Origin: Planctomycetota bacterium
Lineage (GTDB): Bacteria > Planctomycetota > JAJSAM01 > JAJVHW01
Length of the DNA stretch: 64,000 bases
Direction: 5' to 3'
NCBI GenBank assembly: GCA_024277065.1
Contig: JAJRVY010000060.1
Location: forward strand, 9,486 to 73,485
The position numbers were made by a program, and so were the translations under genes. The first letter of the stretch is position 1, and every line of letters begins with the position of its first letter. Under the pieces are notes generated by a model. That model had not been told where the DNA came from. It did not search any database and saw only the letters and a program-made list of their open reading frames with translations. Positions 52,863 to 62,400 of this stretch are shown here, piece by piece.

Positions 52863-53612
52863 TTGCGGATCGCCATCATCTCCGACGTCCACGCGAACAT
52901 CGAGGCGCTCGACGCCGTGCTGGCGCACATCACCGACCAGCACGTCTCCGACATCGTCTGCCTCGGCGACGTGATCGGCTACGGCCCCAACCCGCGCGAG
53001 TGCATCGAGATCGTCCGCAACGCGCGCTTCTCGCTCATGGGCAACCATGAAGAGGCCGTGATGTTCTATGGCGAGAACTTCAACGAGAAGGCCCGCCAGG
53101 CGCTCGAGTGGACCCAGGAGCAGCTCAACTCCCCGGACCACGATCGCAGCGACAACTACGAGATGTGGAACTTCCTCGGCGGTCTCGAGGAGACGGTCAC
53201 CGAGAACGACGTGCTCTACGTCCACGGCTCACCGCGCGTGCCGACCAAGGAGTACATGGTTCCGCAGGACATCCGCAACCGCGACAAGATGACCGAGATC
53301 TTCTCGATGATCCCGTCGCTCTGCTTCGTCGGCCACAGCCACATCCCCGGCGTCTACACGGACGACTTCCGCTTCATCTCGCCGCCGCGCATCGACGGAT
53401 CGTATGCCCACCAGGGCGGCAAGGCGCTCGTGAACGTCGGCTCGGTGGGGCAGCCTCGCGACGGTGACCCGCGCTCGTCCTACGCCACGTTCGACGGCAA
53501 GGCGGTGCGCTTCCATCGCGTCGAGTACGACGTGCGCACGACCATGGACAAGATCTACGCCACGCCGGGCCTGCCGAACTACCTTGCGGACCGGCTGATC
53601 GTCGGCCGCTGA
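52863..53612 (+). CDS. Calcineurin-like metallophosphoesterase
   Basis: SDVHAN, LGDVIGYG, GNHE, HGSP, GHSH, NVGSVGQPRDGD; TTG start after GGAGG. Confidence 0.92.
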   Translation: MRIAIISDVHANIEALDAVLAHITDQHVSDIVCLGDVIGYGPNPRECIEIVRNARFSLMGNHEEAVMFYGENFNEKARQALEWTQEQLNSPDHDRSDNYEMWNFLGGLEETVTENDVLYVHGSPRVPTKEYMVPQDIRNRDKMTEIFSMIPSLCFVGHSHIPGVYTDDFRFISPPRIDGSYAHQGGKALVNVGSVGQPRDGDPRSSYATFDGKAVRFHRVEYDVRTTMDKIYATPGLPNYLADRLIVGR

Positions 53613-53732
53613 ACCCAGTCACCCGCAGGACGGTTTCGGAGCGGGCGCGCGGAGCGTTCCGTTCCAGGGACGCCCTGACCGCCCGAACGCGGCGCCGCGT
53701 GCGCCGCCGCACCCCCCGGAGACCCACCGTCC

Positions 53733-55529
53733 ATGGAGAAGCGCGTCGTCCTGGCGATGCTCCTGAGTGCCGCCCTGTTCATGGGCTACACGTGGTTCAC
53801 GAGCGAGTTCGCGCCGCCTCCGCAGCAGCCGCAGACCGCCGGGACGCCGTGCGTGGCGACCGGCACCACGGGCGTCTCCCCGACCACCCTGCCCGGACAA
53901 GGCGCCCCGCCGGCTCCGGGCGCGGAGCCCCCGGAAGTCCCGGAGCCCGAGACCCTGCCCGTCGCCGATGCTCCGGCGAGCGAGGAGCGACTCGACACCG
54001 AGCACCTCTTCCTGACCGTGACATCCGCGGGCGCGGCGCTCTCGCGCGCCGACGCGTGGGGCTGCGTGTACCACGCCCCCGGCGACCCCGACGCCGAGGG
54101 CGATCCCGGCCACGCGTCGGACTACTTCCCCGGAGCGCCCGGGTTCGGGGCGGTGGACCTGCTCGGTCTCGAGCAGTCGCTCTCGCTGCGCAACTGGCAC
54201 GTCGAGCGCCGGGACGGGAGCGTCGTCTGTTCCATCGACGTGCCCGCCGCCGGCGTGCGGCTCGTGAAGACGTTCACGCCGTCGGTGGACCCCGCGGCGC
54301 CCTACCACGTGATCCTCGACGTCGAGGCGATCGGGCTGGCGGGCGCCGAGGGCGGCCATGCGGCGACGCTCGAGGTCGTCGGCCCCTGGTATCGCGAGCC
54401 CTCGCTGTTCCAGCCCGGCGACGGTGTGCTCGTCGCCATGGTGGACGAGGACGTCGAGGACGAGCTGCCGGCCACGGTGCAGGGCTGGCTCGACGAGACG
54501 CCGGGCTACGAGCAGTCGGCTCCGGCCGGCGTGCGCTGGATCGGCACGCGCTCGGACTTCCACATCGGCGCGCTCGAGGGCGTGGACCCGCTGCCGCGCG
54601 GCACGTCGATCGGCTTCCACACCGCCTCGCGGCCCGGCGCAGACCCCGGGACGCCGACGCTCAGCGCCGCCGCAGCACTGCGCGTGCCGTTCGCGCTCCC
54701 TGCTGCGGGCGAGACGACCACGCAGCGTTTTCGCCTGTTCATCGGCCCGAACAGCCGCCCGCTCCTCGCCGCGGAGGGCTCGCCCTACGCGACGCTTCAC
54801 GACGCCCCTGCGGACCGCCGTTTCCTCGGTATCGGCTTCGGTCCCATCGAGCGCGTGCTCGGTTGGCTGCTGAGCTTGATCGCATCCACCGGCATGGGCT
54901 ACGGCCTGGCCGTCGTCTGCCTGACGATTCTCGTGCGCGGCGCGCTGTTCCCGCTGTCGCGCAAATCGCAGATCTCGATGCGCGTGCACTCCAAGAAGAT
55001 GGCGGCCATCAAGCCGAAGATGGACGCCATCAAGAAGAAGTACAAGGACTCCAAGAAGCAGCAGGAAATGACCATGAAGCTCATGCGCGAGGAGAAGGTC
55101 TCTCCCGTGCCGGGCGGCTGCCTGCTCGCGTTCGTCCAGATGCCGGTCTGGATCAGCCTCTACGGCATCCTGCAGTCCACGTTCGAGATGCGCCACGCGA
55201 CGTTCCTGTGGGCCAAGGACCTCACCGCGCCGGACAAGCTCGTGTACATGCCCTTCATGGAGGGCGTGCCGCTGCTGCCCAACTGGCTGAACCTGTTCCC
55301 GATCCTCATGATGATCACGTGGGGCATCTCGTCGCACATGCAGCCGCTGCCCGACGATCCGCAGCAGCGCCAGACGGCGAAGATGATGCGCTGGATGCCG
55401 ATGATGTTCGGGCTGATCCTCTACAAGTACCCCTCCGGACTGACCATCTACATGACGTGCTCCGCGCTCTGGTCCATCGGCGAGGTGCAGTTGATCCGGC
55501 GCCTCTGGCTGAAGAAGCTCGAAGCCTGA
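53733..55529 (+). CDS. yidC: Membrane protein insertase YidC
   Basis: N-terminal TM, periplasmic domain, YGLAVVCLTILVR, GGCL..VQMPVW, FLWAKDLTAPD, PSGLTIY. Confidence 0.92.
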   Translation: MEKRVVLAMLLSAALFMGYTWFTSEFAPPPQQPQTAGTPCVATGTTGVSPTTLPGQGAPPAPGAEPPEVPEPETLPVADAPASEERLDTEHLFLTVTSAGAALSRADAWGCVYHAPGDPDAEGDPGHASDYFPGAPGFGAVDLLGLEQSLSLRNWHVERRDGSVVCSIDVPAAGVRLVKTFTPSVDPAAPYHVILDVEAIGLAGAEGGHAATLEVVGPWYREPSLFQPGDGVLVAMVDEDVEDELPATVQGWLDETPGYEQSAPAGVRWIGTRSDFHIGALEGVDPLPRGTSIGFHTASRPGADPGTPTLSAAAALRVPFALPAAGETTTQRFRLFIGPNSRPLLAAEGSPYATLHDAPADRRFLGIGFGPIERVLGWLLSLIASTGMGYGLAVVCLTILVRGALFPLSRKSQISMRVHSKKMAAIKPKMDAIKKKYKDSKKQQEMTMKLMREEKVSPVPGGCLLAFVQMPVWISLYGILQSTFEMRHATFLWAKDLTAPDKLVYMPFMEGVPLLPNWLNLFPILMMITWGISSHMQPLPDDPQQRQTAKMMRWMPMMFGLILYKYPSGLTIYMTCSALWSIGEVQLIRRLWLKKLEA

Positions 55530-55760
55530 CGGGCATTCCGCGCAGGTGGCGCGGCGTTCACGCGGCATTCGCGCGGCGGCGTGCGCGTCCGCCGCGCCGC
55601 CCGCGCAGCGCGTGCGTGATCCGCTGTCCCCGGTCGGGCGTACGATCCCTGCCTGCGGTGCGGGTCCGGCGCCCCGCCCGTGCGGCGTGCTGCCGCGTGG
55701 TGCCGGCGATCCCGCCGGCCGTGGACCGTTCGAGGGCTTGTGGCGCAACGGGTTGCGTCC

Positions 55761-55790
55761 TAGACTGCGTAACAACGCAACATCCTGGGG
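55761..55790 (+). promoter_or_regulatory. Putative -10 element (TAGACT, 55761-55766) followed by an NrdR-box-like site (55775-55790)
   Basis: acgCAACATCCTGggg compared with the NrdR-box consensus acaCwAtATaTwGtgt; directly upstream of nrdR. Confidence 0.55.
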
Positions 55791-55862
55791 TTCCGGGAAC
55801 CGGGGGTCGTCTGTCGTGACCACTCGGGTTCCGGGAACGGGAGTCGCGGGGAGCACGATTGC

Positions 55863-56405
55863 ATGCGCTGTCCGTTCTGCAAGGAGAACGAGGACAAGGT
55901 CATCGACTCGCGCGAGAGCGGCGACGGTTTCGTCATCCGCCGCCGGCGCGAGTGCGAGGGCTGTGACCGTCGTTTCACCACACGCGAGCGCATCGAGGAG
56001 ACGCCGCTGCGGGTTGTCAAGCGCGACGGCAGCCGCGAGGACTTCGAGCGCCGCAAGATTCTGATGGGTCTCCTGACGGCGTGCCAGAAGCGGCCGGTCT
56101 CGACCGAGGATCTCGAGACGATCGTGCAACGCGTCGAGGAGCGCATCAACGACACGACGGAACGCGAGGTCGAGACGGCCGCGATCGGCGATCTCGTCAT
56201 GCGCGAGCTGAAGCGACTCGACAAAGTCGCCTACGTGCGCTTCGCGTCGGTCTACAAGAACTTCGAGTCGCCGCAGGACTTCGAGCAGATCGCGCAGCAG
56301 GTGGCCAAGCCCGCGCGTCGGCGCAAGGCCAAGCCCGGCGCCGGCAAGCCCCGCGCGGGCGGGTCTGCGGGCGCCGGCAAGTCCGGAGGGCGAACCTCGC
56401 CGTGA
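55863..56405 (+). CDS. nrdR: Transcriptional repressor NrdR
   Basis: MRCPFC, VIDSR, IRRRRECEGC, RFTT, ATP-cone VVKRDG, VAYVRFASVY. Confidence 0.97.
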   Translation: MRCPFCKENEDKVIDSRESGDGFVIRRRRECEGCDRRFTTRERIEETPLRVVKRDGSREDFERRKILMGLLTACQKRPVSTEDLETIVQRVEERINDTTEREVETAAIGDLVMRELKRLDKVAYVRFASVYKNFESPQDFEQIAQQVAKPARRRKAKPGAGKPRAGGSAGAGKSGGRTSP

Positions 56406-58582
56406 GGCGCATCGCACTGATCCGGCTGCGCGACGGCGAGACCGTCCCCTTCGAGCAGCAGCGCATCCGCGACGCGATCGAGCGCGCTCTGCTCGCCGCG
56501 GGAACGGAGAACCGTACGCTCGCGGTCGAGATCGCGTCGGTCGTCGAACTGTTCCTCGAGAAGACGTTCTCCGACGAGGTGCCGAGCACGGCGCAGGTGG
56601 AGGACATGGTGGAGAAGGTGCTCATGGACACCGGCCACGCCGCGGCGGCCAAGGCGTTCATCCTGCACCGTGACCGCCGCGGCCGGTTGCGTGATGCGCG
56701 GGAGGCGCGCGAGACGCGCTTCCAGCCCACGCTCTTCGACCACCGCGTGGTCGTCGTGGACGATGGCGCGGAGGGCCGCAGCGCGGCGTTCTCCCGCGAG
56801 CGTCTGGCGCGCACGATGGCCGCCGACGGCACCGTCACGCGGGCGGTCGCCGACGACGTCGCGGCAGGCGTCGAGTCGCGCCTGCGCAAGGCGGGCGTCG
56901 CGCGCGCCCCCGCGTCGCTGGTGCGCTCGCTCGCCGAGGTCGAACTCCTGGCGCGCGACGTGCCGCTCGACCTGCGGCGCCGCGGCGGCGCCGTGCTGCC
57001 CGCGGAGCGGCTCGCCGCCGCTCTCTATCGCAAGGGCACCGGCGGCCCGGCCGCTCCCGGCGGCGCGCCGTTTCCGGCCGTCGCGGCCACGGAACTCGGG
57101 GGCGCTGCGCTGCGCTCCCACGCGCTCGGCGAACTGCTGCCCGCCGAGGTGGCGCGCGCCCACCTCGACGGCGACCTGCACGTGCACGGGCTCGAACTGC
57201 CCGCGGCGCTCTACTCGGCCGCTCTTCGTCCGGGCGACGTCGCGGCCGGCACGGCGCCCGGGTGTGCCGCGCGGGCACCCGGCGACGCCGCGCGCAGTGC
57301 ACGCCGCCTGACGGCGTCGCTGGGCCGCGCCGCGCGGTTCGTGGGCGCCGCCGTCACCCACGACGTCGCCGTCATCGACGTGCCGCGTTCCTACGCGCCG
57401 TTGCTGGTCGAGGCCGACCGCGAGGCGATCCAGGAGGAGGCCTGGCACCTGCTGCTCGAGACGTCCGCCGATGTCGGCGGACGCCGGCTCGCGCTCGATC
57501 TCACGCCCGTGCTGCCGCATGCTCCGAGCAGTGCGGCCGAGCCGCACGATGCCCGTGTCGCGCACGATGTCCGGGGCGACGCTCCCGATCGCGCCGCGGG
57601 TGCGGCCGCGGCCTTCTCGGCGGCCGTGCTGCGGGCGCACGCGCGTCGCGAGGGGCTGCCGCCGCCCGACCTGCTGCCCGTGCCGACCGTCACGGTGTCG
57701 GATCGCGTGCTCGAGTCGCCGGCGGCTCGCGATGTCCTCCGTCTTGCCGCCGAGGCGGTGCTCCGCGGTTCGAGCGTCGTGTTCCCGCTCGAACGCGAGA
57801 CGGGCCGCGGCCGCGGCGACGCGCGCCACGGGCCGCCGGCCGCCGGCGCGTCCGGGGCGCGCCCACGCGGCGCGTGCGCCGGACGCATCACACTCAATCT
57901 GGCGCGGCTCGCGCGGCGCGCCGGCCGTGATCGCGTCGAGGGCTTCCTGCGCGCCTGCGACCGCCTCGTCGATGTCGCTGCGCTCGGTCACAGCGCACGC
58001 CGCGAGATCCTCGCCCAGGTCGCGGCGGCCTCCGGCGGATGCCTCGCCCCCCTGCTGCGCGGACCGCGCGGGCGCGCGCCGCTGTACGACCTCGCCGAGG
58101 CCACGTGGTCGTTCGGCATCACGGGGCTGAACGAGGCCGTGCAACTCCTCTCGGGCTTCGAGCTCCACGACGGCGACGAGACCGTCTCGCGGCTCGCGCG
58201 GCGCATCGTCTCGTACGTCGCCCTGCGCGTGAAGGCGGCCGGCGCGGCGGGCGACTTCGTCGCCACGCTCGACGCCGACGAGGACCCCGCCGTCGCGCGG
58301 CGGCTGTTCGCCATGGACCGCAGCGAGGCGCCGGCCGCCATGGCCGAGCGGTTCCCCGGCCGCGACGCCTTCTCGCCCGGCGTGACCGTGCGCGCCGATG
58401 CACCCATCGACCTGCTCGCGCGCGTCGAGCGCGAGGAACCTCTGCACGCCAACCTGTCGCACGCCACGCTGCGCCTGGCGCTGCCCGCCGCCGAGGCCGG
58501 CGGCCCCGACGGCATCGTCGCGTTGCTGCGCAAACTCCTGCGCGCCGGTTCGGCCGTGCGCGTCGAGGTGACGACATGGTGA
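56402..58582 (+). CDS. Degenerate class III ribonucleotide reductase (NrdD)-like protein with two ATP-cones and no glycyl-radical domain
   Basis: GTGA overlap with nrdR. ATP-cone 1 (IRLRDG..PFEQQRI), second cone (FSRERLA...ASLVRSLAE), AHLDGDLHVHG, ITLNLARLA, FGITGLNEAV. Ends at VEVTTW with no CxxC and no RxxGY. Confidence 0.75.
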   Translation: MRRIALIRLRDGETVPFEQQRIRDAIERALLAAGTENRTLAVEIASVVELFLEKTFSDEVPSTAQVEDMVEKVLMDTGHAAAAKAFILHRDRRGRLRDAREARETRFQPTLFDHRVVVVDDGAEGRSAAFSRERLARTMAADGTVTRAVADDVAAGVESRLRKAGVARAPASLVRSLAEVELLARDVPLDLRRRGGAVLPAERLAAALYRKGTGGPAAPGGAPFPAVAATELGGAALRSHALGELLPAEVARAHLDGDLHVHGLELPAALYSAALRPGDVAAGTAPGCAARAPGDAARSARRLTASLGRAARFVGAAVTHDVAVIDVPRSYAPLLVEADREAIQEEAWHLLLETSADVGGRRLALDLTPVLPHAPSSAAEPHDARVAHDVRGDAPDRAAGAAAAFSAAVLRAHARREGLPPPDLLPVPTVTVSDRVLESPAARDVLRLAAEAVLRGSSVVFPLERETGRGRGDARHGPPAAGASGARPRGACAGRITLNLARLARRAGRDRVEGFLRACDRLVDVAALGHSARREILAQVAAASGGCLAPLLRGPRGRAPLYDLAEATWSFGITGLNEAVQLLSGFELHDGDETVSRLARRIVSYVALRVKAAGAAGDFVATLDADEDPAVARRLFAMDRSEAPAAMAERFPGRDAFSPGVTVRADAPIDLLARVEREEPLHANLSHATLRLALPAAEAGGPDGIVALLRKLLRAGSAVRVEVTTW

Positions 58583-59325
58583 GCCGTCCGCCGCCGCTGC
58601 CCCCGATCCGCGGTCTCGAGCCCGTGTCGCTGACGGCATGGGAGGGCCGGGTCGTGGCCGTCGTGCAGCTCCAGGGCTGCAACTTCAAGTGTCCCGACTG
58701 CCCTGCGCCACATCTCGTCCCGCAGGTCTTCGAGAGTGGGACCATTCCCCTCGAGTGCGCGCTCGACGCCATCCATCGACGGCGTCGCTGGCTCGACGCC
58801 GTCGTCGTCGCCGGGGGCGAGCCGACGCTCCACGAGGGGCTGGGCGATCTCGTGCGCCTGGTGCGCGAACTGGGGCTGCGCGTGCGGCTGCACACCAACG
58901 GCTCGCGCCCCGAGGAACTGCGCGATCTCCTCGCGGGCGGCGAGGTCGCGAGCGTTGCGATGACCGTGCGGGGACCGCTCGATCCGACGTACGCCGTCGC
59001 CGTCGGTGCCCGCGTGCGACTGGCCGCCGTCTACGAGTCCGTCGAACTGCTGCTGCGCTCGCCCGGCGAGCACGAGTTCCGTGTGCCGTGGCTGCCGCGC
59101 GTCGTCGAGCAGGAGCAGATGAGTTCGGTGCTGCGCATGCTCGCCGGAGCGCGGCGCGTCGTGCTCGAGCCCGCGCGCGACGGCAATCCGGGGCTGCGCG
59201 CGCTCCAGCAGGTGGCACGAGCGGCCGGGCCGTACGTGGACAGTTGCGTCGTCGCGGGCCGGCCCGGCCAGGACTACGGCGCGCGCGCCGGTTCCCGCAG
59301 CGTCTCGTCGCGAGACGGCGCATGA
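58576..59325 (+). CDS. NrdG-like (glycyl-radical activase family) radical SAM protein
   Basis: GCNFKCPDC (CX3CX2C), GGEPTL, HTNGSRP; GAGGTG RBS; start overlaps the upstream stop. Confidence 0.85.
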   Translation: MVSRPPPLPPIRGLEPVSLTAWEGRVVAVVQLQGCNFKCPDCPAPHLVPQVFESGTIPLECALDAIHRRRRWLDAVVVAGGEPTLHEGLGDLVRLVRELGLRVRLHTNGSRPEELRDLLAGGEVASVAMTVRGPLDPTYAVAVGARVRLAAVYESVELLLRSPGEHEFRVPWLPRVVEQEQMSSVLRMLAGARRVVLEPARDGNPGLRALQQVARAAGPYVDSCVVAGRPGQDYGARAGSRSVSSRDGA

Positions 59326-59434
59326 GCGCGCGCCGGATGCGGTGGACGCAGCGGCGGACGCAGGAGGGGGCGGTCGTGAAGAGCAGCACAGCGGGCAACG
59401 ACGTGCGGAGCAGCCGCGAGCGGGGGACGATCGA

Positions 59435-62400
59435 ATGCGCCTGAAGTCGCTTCGCATGCACGGCTTCAAGTCGTTCGCGCAACGCACCGAGTTCACGTTT
59501 CCCGAAGGGTTGACGTGCATCGTCGGTCCCAACGGCTGCGGCAAGTCCAACGTCGTGGACGCCATGAAGTGGGTGATGGGCGAGCAGCGCCCGACGGCCC
59601 TGCGCGGCGCCGAGATGGCCGACGTCATCTTCGGCGGCACCGCGCAGCGCAAGGCCCTCGGCATGGCCGAGGTGACGCTGCAGTTCGAGAACCTCTCCGG
59701 CGTTCTCGGCGTCGAGTGGAACGAGGTCGAGATCACGCGGCGGCTCTACCGCGACGGCACCAGCGAGTACCTCCTCAACAGGAACCGTTGCCGGCTGAAG
59801 GACCTGCGCGATCTGTTCCTGGACACGGGCGGCGGGCGCGGCGGCCTGACGATCCTCGAACAGGGCAAGATCGACCAGGTGCTGCGCGACAGTCACCAGG
59901 AGCGCCGGGCGGTCTTCGAGGAGGCGGCCGGCATCGCGAAGTACAAGACGCGTCGCAAGGAGTCGCTGCGGCGGCTCGAGCGCGTCGAGGCCGATCTCCT
60001 GCGCGTCTCGGACGTGGTCGCGGAGAAGCAGCGGCTGGTGCGGTCGCTCAAGATCCAGGCCGGCCGCGCCGAGCGCTACCAGGCACTCGTGGACGAGATG
60101 CGGCAGAAGCGGCTGCAACTCGCGGTGCACCGCTACGGAGTGCTGCTCGCGGCCCGCGAGGAGGCCTCCGGTCGCGTCGATGCGCTCGCGGCGGCCGAGG
60201 CCGAGGCGCGTGAAGGCGTGCGCCGCGCCGTGGCCGAGTGCCGCGTCGCCGAGGACGAACTCGAGACGTCGCGCGTGTCGGTCTCGCGGCTCGAGCAGGA
60301 GATGGCGACCCTGGCGGGGCAGGCCGAGACGGCGCGCGAGAAGTCGGCGTTCGCGACGCGTCTCGCCAGCGAACTGGACGGCAAGATCCGCTGGTACACC
60401 GACGAGATCGAGTCCAGTGCCTCGCGGCTTCAGGATCTCGATGGCGCGCGCACCGACGCCGAGTCCGCGCTCGACCGCGCGCGCACCGAGAGAGCGGCGC
60501 GCGAACTCGAGATCGACGCCGCGCAGACGCTCATCGATGAGCGTCTGGCGGGTGTCCTGGCCCATCGCCGTGACGCCGAGGCGCTGTCGCGCAGCGCGTA
60601 CGACGCCGTCGAGCGCCAGGCACAGCTCGCGAGCGAGCGATCACGCCTCGAAGCGCGGCAGCAGGCCCTCGGGGCGCAGCGCCATCGCCTCGTCGAACGC
60701 CTGCAGGGACTGCAGGCCGAGACGAGCGCGGCGCGGGAGCGCGTCGCGAGAGCCGTCGCGGCCCACGAGTCTGCACAGACCGCGCTCGACAGCGCGCAGG
60801 CCGCACTCGAGGGCGCGGAGTCGCGGCTGGCCGCGGTCGAGGACGACGTGCGTGCGCGTCGCGAGGCGGTGGGGAGCCTCGATCGCGAGTTCTCCGGCGT
60901 GCGCAGCCGCGTCGAGGTGCTGCAGCATCTCTGCCGTCAGATGGAGGGCGTCGGCGAGGGCGCGCGGCGGCTGCTCGCCGACGCGCGTGACGGCGCGGGC
61001 GAACTCTCCGGAGTGCGTGGGCTGCTCGTGGAGCTGCTGCAGACCGACGCCGACGATGCGGCGGCCGTCGAGAGCGCACTCGGCCCGCACGCTTCGGCCG
61101 TGGTCGTCGATTCCCTGGACAGCGCCGTTCGCGTCGCGGACTACCTCGCCCGGCAGAGGCTGGGGCGTTGCCTCCTGCTACCGCTCGATCAGTTCGGGCA
61201 CTCGGGTGGCGCTGCCGAGGGAGCGCTCGCCACGCGCGTCGCGTGCGACGAGCCGTTGCGAGGTGTCATCGCCGCCCTGCTCGGGCGCTCCGTGCGTGTC
61301 GAGACGCTGGCCGAGGCGCGCGCGGCGCGCGACGTCGGCGACGGCACGCTGCGCCTGGTGACCGCCGGTGGCGAGGTGCTCGAGCCCACCGGTGTGCTCG
61401 CCGCCGGGGGCGAGTCCGGCGGCGCCGGCGTCCTGCGTCGTCTGAGCGAGCTGCGTGAACTGACCGAGCGCCTCGACGGACTGCGAGCCGACGTCGAAGC
61501 GGCGCGCATCGCGCTGCGCGAGGCCGAGGCGGCCCAGGCGTCCGCCCGCGGCGGCGTCCGGGAGTCGCGCGACGCTCTGCGGTGCGCGGAGTCCGACGCC
61601 AACCGGACCGGCAACGAGAGCGAGCGCGCGGCGGCGGAACTGCACCGCCAGGAGGTCGATGCCGGTCGTCTGGGCGGAGAGATCGCCGAGATCGCCGCCG
61701 TGCTCGAGACCCTCGAGGACGCGTCCCGCACCGCCGCCCTCGAGCGGGATCGCCTGGACGCCGAGCGAGCGGAGGTCGAGGCCCGCCGCGACGAGGTCGC
61801 GGGCGAGCTGGCCGGGCGCGAGGCGGCGCTGCGCGAGGCCGAAGGCGTCCGCGCCGACGTGCGCGTGCAACTCGCGTCGGTCACCGAACGCTGCGCGTCG
61901 CTCGATTCACGCGTCAAGGCGATCGAGGACGAGGCCTGCGAACTCGAAGACGGCGTCGATTAGGCGCGCGAGGAGCTCGAGGGCTGCGAGCGGCGGTGCG
62001 CCGAGGCGCAGGATCGCGGCCGGCAGGCGCGCCAGGATCTCGCCTGCGCTCAGGCGCGCCGCGAAGAGTGCATCGGCCTGCTCGCCGAACTGCGCCATCG
62101 GCTCTCCGATAACCGCAGCCGACTCGATGAGCGGCGCACGCTGCTCGACGCGCTCGAGAAGGAGGCCGGCACGGTCGGGCGTGACCTGCAGCGGTTCAGG
62201 TTGCGGCAGAGCGAGGCCCGCGTGCGTGTCGAGAGCCTGCTCGAACGCATCCAGGAAGAACTCGAGGTGGACCTGCACGCGGCGTGGGAGCGCGCGGGCG
62301 CGGGGGCCACGGTGAGCCCCGGGAACGCGGCCACGACGGACTCGCCGCCGGCCCGCGGCACGGCGGAGAGCGCGGAGAGCGCAGACACGCCGGAGACTCG

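Noticed and set aside
41787-61963. Genome-wide TAG reassignment (alternative genetic code)
   Set aside because: Many conserved genes here end at their normal length with TAG; only two interruptions were found, each one transversion from a plausible sense codon.
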